Assembly (NCBI GenBank): GCA_002633005.1
Contig: NMRA01000587.1
Coordinates: 124,001 to 188,000 of the forward strand
Direction: 5' to 3'
DNA: 64,000 nt
From: Phoronis australis
Taxonomy: Eukaryota > Animalia > Phoronida
The notes beneath the pieces are model-generated. The model was given only the letters and a program-made list of their open reading frames with translations. It was not told the DNA's origin and made no database searches. The translations under genes and the position numbers were made by a program. This document shows, one piece after another, positions 39,363-51,100 of the stretch. Every line of letters begins with the position of its first letter. Within the stretch, counting starts at the first letter, position 1.

Positions 39363-42300
39363 AACACAGGTTAAACACAAAAATCCAATCAGACTTAGTA
39401 GTGGGCATCTTACCCTTGATCTCACTTAAAAGTGTATGAATATGCCAACTTCAACACGCCGTATTGAGATGACATTCATATGAAAGTTTATAAAAGTTGT
39501 TACTCAGCTAAACGCCTTAACTGTGACTGGCTTTTCTACTGATCGGGAATCTGAGCTTCAACACTTTTGCGTACCACAAGGACTAATTAGTCAGCCCCAC
39601 TACTAGCATGAACGGACTCAAATATGAACACTTATTCCAGTGTTAAACGTGAAGATCTAACTACATAAATAACATTTGTATCGACTTGTACAACCTCTTT
39701 TGCGCCTGGAGATCACAACATATGGCTTATCACACGTACCACGTAATCAAGAATCATAATACAACCTGCACATGTCATCTGATCCGCCGTATAAGAAAAA
39801 TTGACACGTGAACACCCGTCAGGCGTTTTATCTGTTTTCCTATTTTTCGGCCCCGGCGTAGCAGACGACAGATCTGCCTACTTACCGCGAGGAACGTACA
39901 TTGCAATGACTTGACCATGATTCCCGCTCGTGGTTGGCCAGAATATTGGCATTTCCTACTTACATTACTGTGCGCAAAAGACAAGATCTTGCTTCATTTT
40001 AAAACTTTCTTGGTTGATTTTTTTCTAGCATTTGTTACTTGCCAGTTTTGTCTTTGCTATGTTTAATCTATTTTGATATATTTTGTATGGATCTTTAAGT
40101 TTTAGCATATAATGGCGCTCTTACAATTTATCATTGCAATTAACAAGCTGTATGTTTACGTGTTTCCAACATGTTTAGCGACGTGTACTAGAAACTGCTG
40201 TCTTCATTTAAAATAAACTTAGTTTAAGTGCTCTTGTTATGTTATGTCTATTAAGTGTTACATTTATTACATAATGTAAGGAAAATAATAACACCATCGA
40301 TAGGATGATAGGATGAGCCTAGTTTTTATCAAGTTTGGTATAATTAAGTGTTGGCTTGAGGGTGAAAGTCTCAATAGTTCACCTGACCTCGAACAAGATT
40401 ATAACAAAAGCAATATGTCGCGACTTCTAGCGGTTCTTTAAAAATCTTTTCATCTCGCCCTAAATTCACTCGATCAAACTATTTTAAACTATGATGTTTT
40501 CGTTTCTCATTACGAGGGCGCGCTCAGTTGCAAAAATACTTCGTCTTGAAAAACAAAATCTAATTGAGAACTGCAACGTTAGTTTGTGGTCATTGATTGC
40601 AATTAGGAGCAACCTGTGTAGGTGCATACGTGTACTTATTTAAAACACTTTTGATTGGTTTTGAATTGTTTGGAATAGAAACTACGGGGCTTATAAGGAT
40701 TTTTGACGCAAGGTCAAAGCTCATGATTCACGTAATATGGAAAGTGTTGATTTAATTCGAGCTTTATTTGTTTTATTCGACATACTCTGGTCTAGTATCT
40801 TTTAAAACCTTTATTTACCCCTACAGTATCATTGTTCACGAGTACATGTAGAGGCCGCCTCTTGTTACACTGCAGCAAATGTTTTATTAAGAGTATTCTC
40901 ATTGGCCGAAGCCATTATTGTATCATGGACCGTGGAGACACCCAGAGGTTGTGTGATGCGACGAAGTACAGAAATACGTGAGACGTCCAACTACCTAGGC
41001 CGATTTTATTTTGTCAAATTCAAAATTGTGAAGTGCCTTTGTTTCAAATATTGAGAATATCAAATATGAGTGGTGTATTGGAAAAATATACACATATGCA
41101 AAATATAGAGTAATCAAAAATATTCGTACCGAGGCTGATGTAAATTATGGGATATACAACATAAGCAGCACTCTGTAAAGGTGACGAGGCGAAAGTAGGC
41201 GCTTGGAAGGTGGGCAGGTAATGAGCCTTCAGGACTTTTTAGGTGGGAGTGCGTTCAGGGGGATAGTAATAAACATAAAATAGGCCTGTTGAAAGTAGAA
41301 GCAGAAACGTTACATTCGAGGAGGGTGAGGGGTCTGGACTCTTTGGATCTGTGCCTGATGGGATCCGAAATGGGTTGCGACAGGGGCTGGGTGTGGTGAG
41401 TGAAACGGGAGGCAACTGGGAGAGGGGGCTGAAAACCAGCGAGGGATGGAATCCCTGCATGTAGTCCAGTAAAACTGTATTTTATGCCACTCTTAAACAG
41501 CCGACATATCTATTGAAAACACAGTTCATGAAGGGTATTTTTACGATGCCATCGAGTTCTTGTAAACAAGAAAAAGTAATTTTTATTTAGTAAAACATAA
41601 GGATGGCTTATTTCCCGACGTGATGTTTGAAGGCTCGTGCCAAAACTAAAGTACTAGAATCTTTAAGAATGTTCCCTGCTATTCTATTCTAAAGAAGTTT
41701 TATCATGGTGTCCTAAACTAATGTGTCATGTTAATCACAAGCTATCTGATAGTATAAAAACGGAACAATAAAATAATAACGCATATTAAACTAAGAATAG
41801 CGTCAGTGCACACCTGACAGGTCACCCCGGTGATAGTGCTTGGTCTCAAGGGCAGGGATTTCTGTATCTGGGAAATGTGCCCAGTATTTCTCAGGGGCAC
41901 TATTGGAAAGTCATTTTTCAACCCTAAGCCGGGTGATTGGCGTCTCTTTAGACATGTTTGCCTTTCAACGGTTATTCTCAAATGAACAGCTGTAAACAAT
42001 AACAAAACAAATTTCACTGGGATTGTGTACTAATATTTTGTTTTTTGCAAGAGTGTCCACTAAGTTCGGCCTTTGGAGAAAACTTTTCGTACCCCATGCA
42101 AAACAAAATCATGACCTAAGGCATGGAAAACTTTGACGGCTGCTCTTTTTCAATTACAAATAAACTGTCAACATCGACGGAGAACGCTGCAAATTTTTCA
42201 AGGTAGACAACAAAGATTGGCCAGGTAGGTAAAAATTGACTTGTCGCCAGGATTTTGAGTGACGGCTGAACTGACCAATAAGAACGCAGCATTCTTGCCA

Positions 42301-44872
42301 CACCTTCGTTTCCAAGCCGACATTTTACCCGACAAACAACACATTACCGGGTAAAACTTATTGTTTATTATGTGACTTTTCGGAAAGGGCGGAGCTTACG
42401 ATAGGTCGATTGTCAGATGGTGTTAATTGCATGTACACATGGACATTTTGACACTCCTCTTTGGATCGCAGTGTAGTTCAAGAGAAACTAATTGGCAAAT
42501 CCACTAGCTGACGTGAATTATTCAAAGATTTCAACTTATACAGACACAGCGTCAAATTTCCTCTAGTCTCTGGCACGTCATTACACCACAGACTATAGTA
42601 CATGGACCGCCAAATCTGTATATTTTGAATGGACGAAATCTGTGATATTATGCATAAGCCGTGACGTCAATATTCACTAGCGATACCTGGCAAAATTAGC
42701 AAGCTTTACTTCCGCCAAGTACGTCGTCTGCTAATCATGGTCGGCTGTTGTGTGGTCGGGTGCCAAAAGTACTCATGATACCACCAGTTCTATTATTGGA
42801 AGACTTTGAACAGTATTTCAATGCTGAAATAATTTTTTTTCGTTGTACTAGACTGTAAAATAGATGCTACAGTTTCCCGTCACAATACACTAACCGGAAA
42901 CTGAAATTGATAATTTAGGAGAGTAGCACCTCCTCTAGGATAGTACGCAAGAAAATGTCGGAGTTGCGAATCTGTTGTCTATAATCTATGATTACACGCA
43001 TGTCTTTAAACCAGTGGCTGCTAATCCGTAATATTAATTGTTTTGTGTGCATTGACTTGGGCTAGCAAAGGGCTTGCTGAAGGTACATGTATGCCTATCT
43101 GTAAAATTATCACCGACTTGCTCATGACCAAGGTGTGGGCTTGTGTGCCGGTAGTACTAAAACAGTTATTGGGGATAACATCTGCTCTGGGATTGGTTTT
43201 CTCGCTAGAAAGCGATAGCAAAATTGAAACAATAATTTTCGGAGAAAACCTGCAGTTCAATTTTTATCGGATTAAATTTTACTGAATTTAAAGAACGATA
43301 AAATCAATCCCTAATGACCACTCCTCACTTCAAAATCTCCTTCAAATGTATCATGAAACATTTAATGAACCACCCACGCGTTCTATTCGTAGTTTTACAA
43401 AAATTGCTTATAAAAACACGTTAACATGCCTGTTATGCAACGATTTAACCGCAAATAATCCCATCCACTTAGTCACAATTTTTCGCATGTTCATGTTCCT
43501 GGTAGCAAGCTTATTTAAATGAAAATGAAAAGCGCCAGTAACGTGATGCAACAACTTTGCATGATGAGTGTGTTCTGTTCAATCATAATGCATTAATTTT
43601 AATTTGATTTATGGTGCGGGTGCACAATTTCGGTTGCGCAACCATCAGGTAAATTACTTTGATAGGGTGGGACTGGGCTCCTAGCTAGTATGGAATTCCG
43701 TAAAACCAAGGTGGGACGGGGCAAATTTATTTTGAATTTATTTAGTTTGTCAAAATAAATTCAATGAATAAAAACTAGTTTAGTATCTGTTTCAGGTTGA
43801 TTACATTTTGAAAATCTGGAAAATTATTTTCGTTTTATTATATTTCATTTTTTCAGGACTTTGTTACTACATGTTGCATGTGGGCAAAGCTCTAAACAAT
43901 TTTGTAAATAAACTGTTTGACTTGGCAACACACAGCGTGTTAAAAACAATGTACTAGGCTAATCATGGCGAAAAGGAAGGAGCATATGCCCAAAAAGGCG
44001 ACTCTAAAAGGTTAGCAGATTCCAGTGAAAAGTTTCAACTATGCCTATTCTTGCTGCCACTGAATCTAGCTGTTGTGTTGTTATGAGAGTGGTGCACCAG
44101 AAATTATTTCTTTTAGATTAGGCTCTTAGGTTTGGAACACAAAAGACACGCTGTGCATTTATTCCCTGATGGGAACGAGTTAGCTGGAGGGATTGGTTAT
44201 TGTAAAGACATATTGCATAAACCACCAGCAGTTCATAAGTGGTTATCTCTGGTGTAATTGGCTGCACAGGACAGGCAGACTGCAAAAACGAAAGTTTGGA
44301 TTTAATTAGGAATGGTCAGGGGTACTTTTCTGAGCTAATCCTGAGGTTGGTGCGATAATCAGAATACAGCGGAAATCGACGACTGTGTTATATTACACTG
44401 AATGTAACATTAGTTGATACCCGCGTGTGACAGCACTGTGTGTCAACTTTTTGAATCTTGATTAAGGGAGCGCCTTTATCTAGATTTCGCTATGGTGATG
44501 ATAGGAAACCAAACCTTTCCCATTGCAAATCTCTTTACTGAACACTCCAGTATTGATACATTAGTTCCAATTTTCTGCTCAATAGCACATTTCCTATGAA
44601 CATAGTTAGTCAGTTTCTCAGCGTATAAGCCTGGATCACTAGATTTTACTTACCGTAACTCTTCTCTTTCGTATTTCAAACAAAACCAATAGGGCCGTCC
44701 CGGATTACACAACAACACCCGAATCTCGTTGTATTTACCCACAATGCCGTAAAAACCTGTCAGGTACATTTGTTGCCGCGTTTTCGTGCCACTGGAGTTT
44801 CACGTGCTATTTGATGTAGTCTGATCCTTTACAAGTCTTTTTCTCGGTTGCATTGCTGTATTCGTCCTTCCA

Positions 44873-45000
44873 ATGCCAAGGAAGTACAGTACTACTGCTC
44901 TGCTATGGGCTGCAAGTCCGGCAAATACGCGTGGATGCGTAATCTGAACGTCTTCACCTTCCCGACATCAATGAGACACTGAAAAATGTGCTTGATTTCC
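44873..45000 (+). pseudogene. THAP-domain remnant, probably from a DNA transposon
   Basis: Reads YCSAMGCKSG...VFTFPTSMRH*, matching the THAP N-terminal C..xGC...FxFP pattern. Broken by a frameshift relative to the ATG and by a stop. Confidence 0.5.
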
Positions 45001-45217
45001 AAGACGAGGTCACGCCCTTTCTTATCTCCAGGGCAAACGAGAGTTCTTTCGCCGTGTAATCCAGGAAGGTCCTATCGCCAATTTGTCAATTTTTCAAAGA
45101 CTGATTAGGCCTACCTAGCCACAAATAATGGACATTTACCCAAATGCTAGTTTAAGACAACTACGTACACATTAAAATCAAATTAAACATCTTATTTAAA
45201 ATGCCTTTTTTCTTATT

Positions 45218-45360
45218 AAAATGACTTAGGCAGGGATTTGAATATCGAGCCTCAAAAGTGGGGCCCCGCTCCTTTGCTGCCTTCCGGCGGAGCCCCTTGT
45301 GTTAATATAGGGGGACTCACTTTTGAGGCCTGATATTCAATTTTTGCCTATGCCATTTTG
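45218..45360. repeat. Inverted repeat with ~50-bp arms, probable centre of a foldback/MITE element
   Basis: AAAATGACTTAGGCAGGGATTTGAATATCGAGCCTCAAAAGTGGG versus reverse complement AAAATGGCATAGGCAAAAATTGAATATCAGGCCTCAAAAGTGAG. Confidence 0.75.
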
Positions 45361-48176
45361 ATAACAATAAGTTATGTTGAATAATAAGCTGTTATTATCG
45401 TTCAACTAAAACTTTCTTGGTTTTACTGTAGTTGAAAGCACTGACATGAACATAAAACAACAGGCTGCATTGAGTGCTAAACAGTTGCCAGTGCGACTTA
45501 AATGTTGTTGAAAACGAAATTCATTTTTTATTCGTGTGTCCTATAATTATAACGATCTTCGCCAAAGTACTTATCTCCTGACAGACAAATAGTCGACTGT
45601 ACTTTTTGCAATAAAATGTAACAATATAAAAGAATTAAAATAAGGTGTAATTTTTATTAGAAACGCTCAAATCTCTTGTCAAATTGTACAATGCATGTGT
45701 ATGAGTTTATAACTTGCATGTCATGTTTTGTAATGTGGTCCAGTGGTCTTATCGCCTGAAATAAACTGATTGACCCATCCGTTTCCAATTGTTTTTTTGG
45801 TTGAGTGCACATAGAAGTGACGTGCTGTTCGCCTACAATTTAAGTGCATTTTGTGAAGATGTTCAAAAAATCATGTTCATTACAATACCACATTTTACCG
45901 TCAATGGTATCGTGACCAGACTAGGCAAAATAAGAACAGATTAAGTTTGTGTAAACTTTATTCATCAAATAAACAAATAAAACTAACAACAACAATAACG
46001 TTTATTACACCAAGTGCAGATTGGTAAATGACATTGAGGCAACTGTACGCATGCACGAAAATCCTGTTTAGTGACACTGCACTTGTCTCTAGTGCCCCCA
46101 CTAGTTCTAATGCAACCCTGTCTCTACCAGCAGTTTTCTCTATTGCTGCAACGATACAATACGTCTTATGCCTGTCCTCAGTCGTACTTAAAGTCCTTCT
46201 CTCACGCGTTGTTAACCCTTATTACATGGTTAAAAGATGTTATAAGGATCCAAGAAGTACCTACCCCATAACTAATACACGATCCGTACTCGAAAACAGT
46301 TTCAATGAACGCGCCACTCACGATTCGCACCCGAAGACACACCTCCATTTTGAACTTGCCGCGAACCCGGAAGTACAATTCATTCAGGAACCCAGGCCGA
46401 GAAAACGCCGTCAGTGCGACTGGAGCAGTGCCTGTACTGTTACCAGCCAGCAAACGGGGATAAAAAAATCGACAGCGCGCCTTAATTTTAATAAAATCAA
46501 ACTACGGACAATTTTATGGAATTTGCTGAAGAAATGTGGCGAATAAATTTTGACAGAAATTATTTTGCCAGACTCGGGACCGCAGCCTATCGGACCCGGT
46601 GCGGATCGAGACCAGACACTGGCGAACGGTAAATGCATGCGGTTGCAAGCTGTTTTGTCGAAGTAAAATGGTCAAATGATAAATGCTGCATATATTCAAG
46701 GGTAGTTTCAGACACTTGCATGAAATTACGGGCTGGTTAGTCCTGTGTCACACTGCCGCGGCAGACCTTAGTTAGCCTCAGTCACCAGCTACCAGTGAAG
46801 ACTATAGTCAAAATACAGCTTGTTAGTAGGCCTATACAGCTTTGCGCCAAGACTACCCTTAGGCCTAACTGGTCGCTGGCCACAAACACAAAAAACACGA
46901 AAATTGAACAAAGTTTCTTTTTTGTAGCAACGTTTGTCAAAATGTATCAACGTTAAATCTTCACAAATTACAAAGTAGCCGATTGAACATGCCTTTCAGT
47001 TCAGCAAAAGTCGACATTGTAGGTGCCGCCAGAAATGAGACGAAGTCCAACGGGAATTGTGAGCACATTTATCACTTAATGAGTAACAACTGCGAGGCTG
47101 AAATTTGGTGAACACTGCTAAATCGTGCAGAATAGTAAGTAAAGATATGTCTAACTAAATTTCACCGTAATTTGTTGGCGAAAACAATTTACACAAAGTT
47201 TAAAACTCGTAACTCATCCCGCTGTCCTCCAATATGGCCGACGCGATCCAAACAAAGTGACCCAAATTTCGCCACAAAACTTGCAATAACTTTGCAGTGC
47301 TTGCCCCGATTTTGATACTTTTTCGATTTTTACTGAGTAGAATGTACTACCTTTCCGTTGATAGCAAAGTACTTTTTCAAAACGAGGAAAAAAATAAAAG
47401 CGAAAAAATTTGGTTCGACCCATATTGGTTCCTTGGTTCGACCGGCCAACGTAAGGAACTAAACACCAATGCTATTTTAACATACTAAGTACGAGTAACA
47501 TTCCAAAAAAATCAACGACCACTAACTACAAACTATAAATACACTACATATGCAAACGAATCACGATATATTACTAATAAAACAAAATAATGAAGACTTT
47601 TAGAGCAAGCCATAGCACATTCAGTTACAAGGAAAAAATGGCGGCGTTCAGGACAAGTTCCTGAACTGATGAGCCGAAAATGTGGGTACGGAAATAACCG
47701 ATGACAACCGGTAATCATACGCTCAGAGAGAAGGGTCAATTACTGTTAAAAATCGCTTTTGGCAAGAAAGGCGAAAAGAATATAAAGAAAGGGTGTCGAA
47801 CATAAGAATTTATGCAGTAAGTATTTTCGGATACTGGAACCACATGGGCAGTTTGCAAGAAGGACTTTAACTCTCATCATGATCCTGGATTCGCGCCTGT
47901 CCTGGTTCACGCCTGTGCGCCAGGAGAGATATGTGTGATTCCGCGACGGGACAGTGCCCAAACGATGGGAGAATTATTGTTTACAGCCGATCACGCCTCT
48001 CGTTACAATATAAACAAATCATCCCAAGTTTTAACAATGTAGCATACATGTACGATAAATGTGCACGATTTCAGAAAATTGGGAAAACACCCGTTTTAGT
48101 TTCGTTAAAAGAGGAACGACCCCGTCGTATCATAACTTCAAAAATCTGAGTCATGCCAAAATAGGTTTTATTTTAC

Positions 48177-51100
48177 TTATGGTTGCACCTCAATGCTTTG
48201 AACGTTTCCGGTAATCATCTTTTTAATGGTCAGACGTAGCGTGCGATTAGTGCTCGCGTAAACAATAGGATTGAGAGCGGCTTTCAAGAACAAAGATTGC
48301 ACCGCGAGGAAGTTAAGGTGCTGCCGCCAAGCAGGTGGTTTCTTAACAGCAAAATACTTTGTGATGGTCATCGGTAGGATGCAGAGTGTAAAAATACCGA
48401 GGATCTTAAAACTCGTGGCGGCAATCTTTTGTTCAGCTTTGAGCTGCCTGATAATCTCGCTTGGCAAGAAAGACGCGTTTGCAATCTTGTTTCTTTGTTT
48501 GTGGGCCACAACAAAGATTGGAATGTAAAGCAAATAGCAGAGAATGAGAATTGCTAAGGGCACCCCAGTCATTGTAACCGCGAGCATTGTAGGATTCCAA
48601 ATGGCGTCGATGACGCACACAACATCCGGTCTGTAGTTCTCGAAGAATGTGTTCATGATCATCATCCCTGCAACATAATTTTGCGACTGCAATTTTTTCT
48701 AGAAAAATCTGGAACTTTCACGAACATCGCCTATTTTTTCCAGAAATGTCATTTTTCGCATGAAACTTGAAAAATCTGTTTCTTTATTCTTTTACGCCAA
48801 GAAATCACTGTCGCAAATGAAGAGGCTAACATTCAGTGTAAAAAACGGAAGCCTTCATAGTTGATAGTTGAGAGCCGAGCACTCAGGTTAAAATGGTTTA
48901 AAAAATCCCAATGTAGGCAATAGGACAGGGAAAAACAATTTGCAAAATTAATTTCATGCGGAAAATTTTACATTAAAAACTTGGCGATATCCATGAAAAA
49001 ATCGCCTTCTTTAGAAAAACGCAGTCAAACATTGGAATAATTAACACCTAGGCATTGAATTTGTGCACAAATATATATTCTGTGGCCATCGAGGACTTTA
49101 GAGAATATGACTTTATACTTCAAAAGTTATTCAAGAAATTTCCTATTACAAAAGCCGGACGCTCGGGCCAACATGAGATTGCCTGCCGAGCTACACAATC
49201 AGGTGTGAGAGGGAACGTACACTTCTCTGGATATCTTGAAACGTTTCATGAACAAAATAATGAAAGAGGCGTTGTCTGATGAATGACTTGTTCTTCGTAG
49301 CTGTAGATTGGCGGGAAAACGCACGAGCGTGCACATATAAGGTGAAAACACAGCCGAACTTTCCAAATGCTATTTCAAACTATGAAAGCACCTACTTCAA
49401 GTGTCTGATATCGGAGATTTCCGGTGAAGGGCACTCCCGATATACAGCTTGACTATGTTGGGTGGCTAGAAGATTCCGTACAGCGTACGACAATACATGT
49501 ACACTGTACGCCAAAACGGAATCTTTCATCATGAAAGATTCCATATTGGCGCTCTCTAGAAGAACCGGAGCACCACCGTGGCTTCCGATTGATCCCGATC
49601 CAAAGTTGGGGACCTCAGACTGCTGAGCAAAAGAGCTCAACGTACCCTTGAACTCAGTGTTCGGCCTGCACGTATATGTAAATGTGTTTGAATAAAGCAA
49701 CGTGGTCATTCACTGAACTGCGTCTTGGAATAAATATAGGGCACTGAGCATGCGCGCACTGAGCTCTGTCTTTCTCATGCCAACACCGCAGGTGTCGATT
49801 TCAGCTCGATGAACCAAAATCCCAAAAGGAATTTCAAATTTTCAAATTTTAGTTGCTCAACAGCACGCTCCAATAAAGTTTCAAGATTTTTCGCCACACG
49901 ATACGATGGTGACACAAGGTCGCAATAGCCAATGTGTGATCAAATACACGATCATGTAAACTATAATAAAGCCTGGCGTGCGTTCAGTAACGCTAGGACC
50001 TACATGTAGCTAAAATCTAGCCAAAATCACGTGTTCTCATTTAAAATACACGGCAATATCTCGCGAAGCCTTGCTTTTTAGCTAGGTCCTAGCGTTATTG
50101 AACGGGGCGCAGTGCTCGTGAAAATCTCATTTAGACAGGCTTCTCCCCAATATAGTAATAAAATGTGATACCCTTATTTGAAATCAGACAGGCCTACTGT
50201 TTGTCGGTTAGCATTGCTACAAATATATCAAAAGTGATAACCGTATAATGCTCAGCAGTTGTAACTTATTATCAAAAACTGTCGCGTGCCGATTTCACCA
50301 ACTCTAGGGTTTTTTACTTGCACACTGTCATGGCGCTGCAAAAATTACTGTTAATAGGTACATGTAACAACTCTGCGTTTTATTAGCATCAATTAACAAC
50401 GCCAGCGTGAAAGCGCAAGTGTTCCAAACATGCAGAACCATTGTAGTTTGGACCGAACACCTTGTTTGCAAGGACAATGGCGAATTCGTACAAGTAAAGT
50501 AACAAAAAGTTCTGTGATTGATTGTTTCCAGTTGTTCCGTGAATACGGTCTAGAAAACGGAACCGTAGAAGAATCAGAAAATCAAACATGCATTCAAACC
50601 CATTGCTGGTGCTGGCACAGTGTAGTTAGCCGACAGCACGGCAGGAGCCGACAAGCCACAAGTACCGACGATAAAATTTTCGACTTTTGGCGATGTATTA
50701 ACGGCGAAAATTTTGATTTTTCGGTTCAATTCACTTCCGGCTAAAAGGGCCAGATTTTTACTTACGTGTATCAACACGTAACGCTATTTTTACTGTGAAG
50801 CAAACTTATAGGGGCTTCAAGGAGTATGCACTTAGCACTTGGACAAGCTATTATCAATGATCTGAGTAGGCTGTGGATAGTAAAACATGGCCATTAATCT
50901 GATCGATTAGTGGAGCTTTTGGACAGACAATCAAATCAGGTGATCTAACTTAATGCTATCTCCCAGAAAACTTGGTCAAGCTCTGTGGCAAAATTTTTCT
51001 GAGGAATTCAAATGAGGGCTTTGTTTTTGTCCTCGCAAATGGCGAAAAATGAAATCGAACGCCTTAATTCTTCAAGCAACTCTTACAGTTTATCTTAACT

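Noticed and set aside
46028-46546. 172-aa plus-strand ORF
   Set aside because: No recognisable domain or splice support; the region carries motifs often seen in TEs (ACTTCCGGGTTC..CAAAATGG on the minus strand).
47850-47970. EGF/MEGF-like fragment CDSATGQCPNDG
   Set aside because: Too short, needs a frameshift, and has no supporting splice sites or neighbouring exons.
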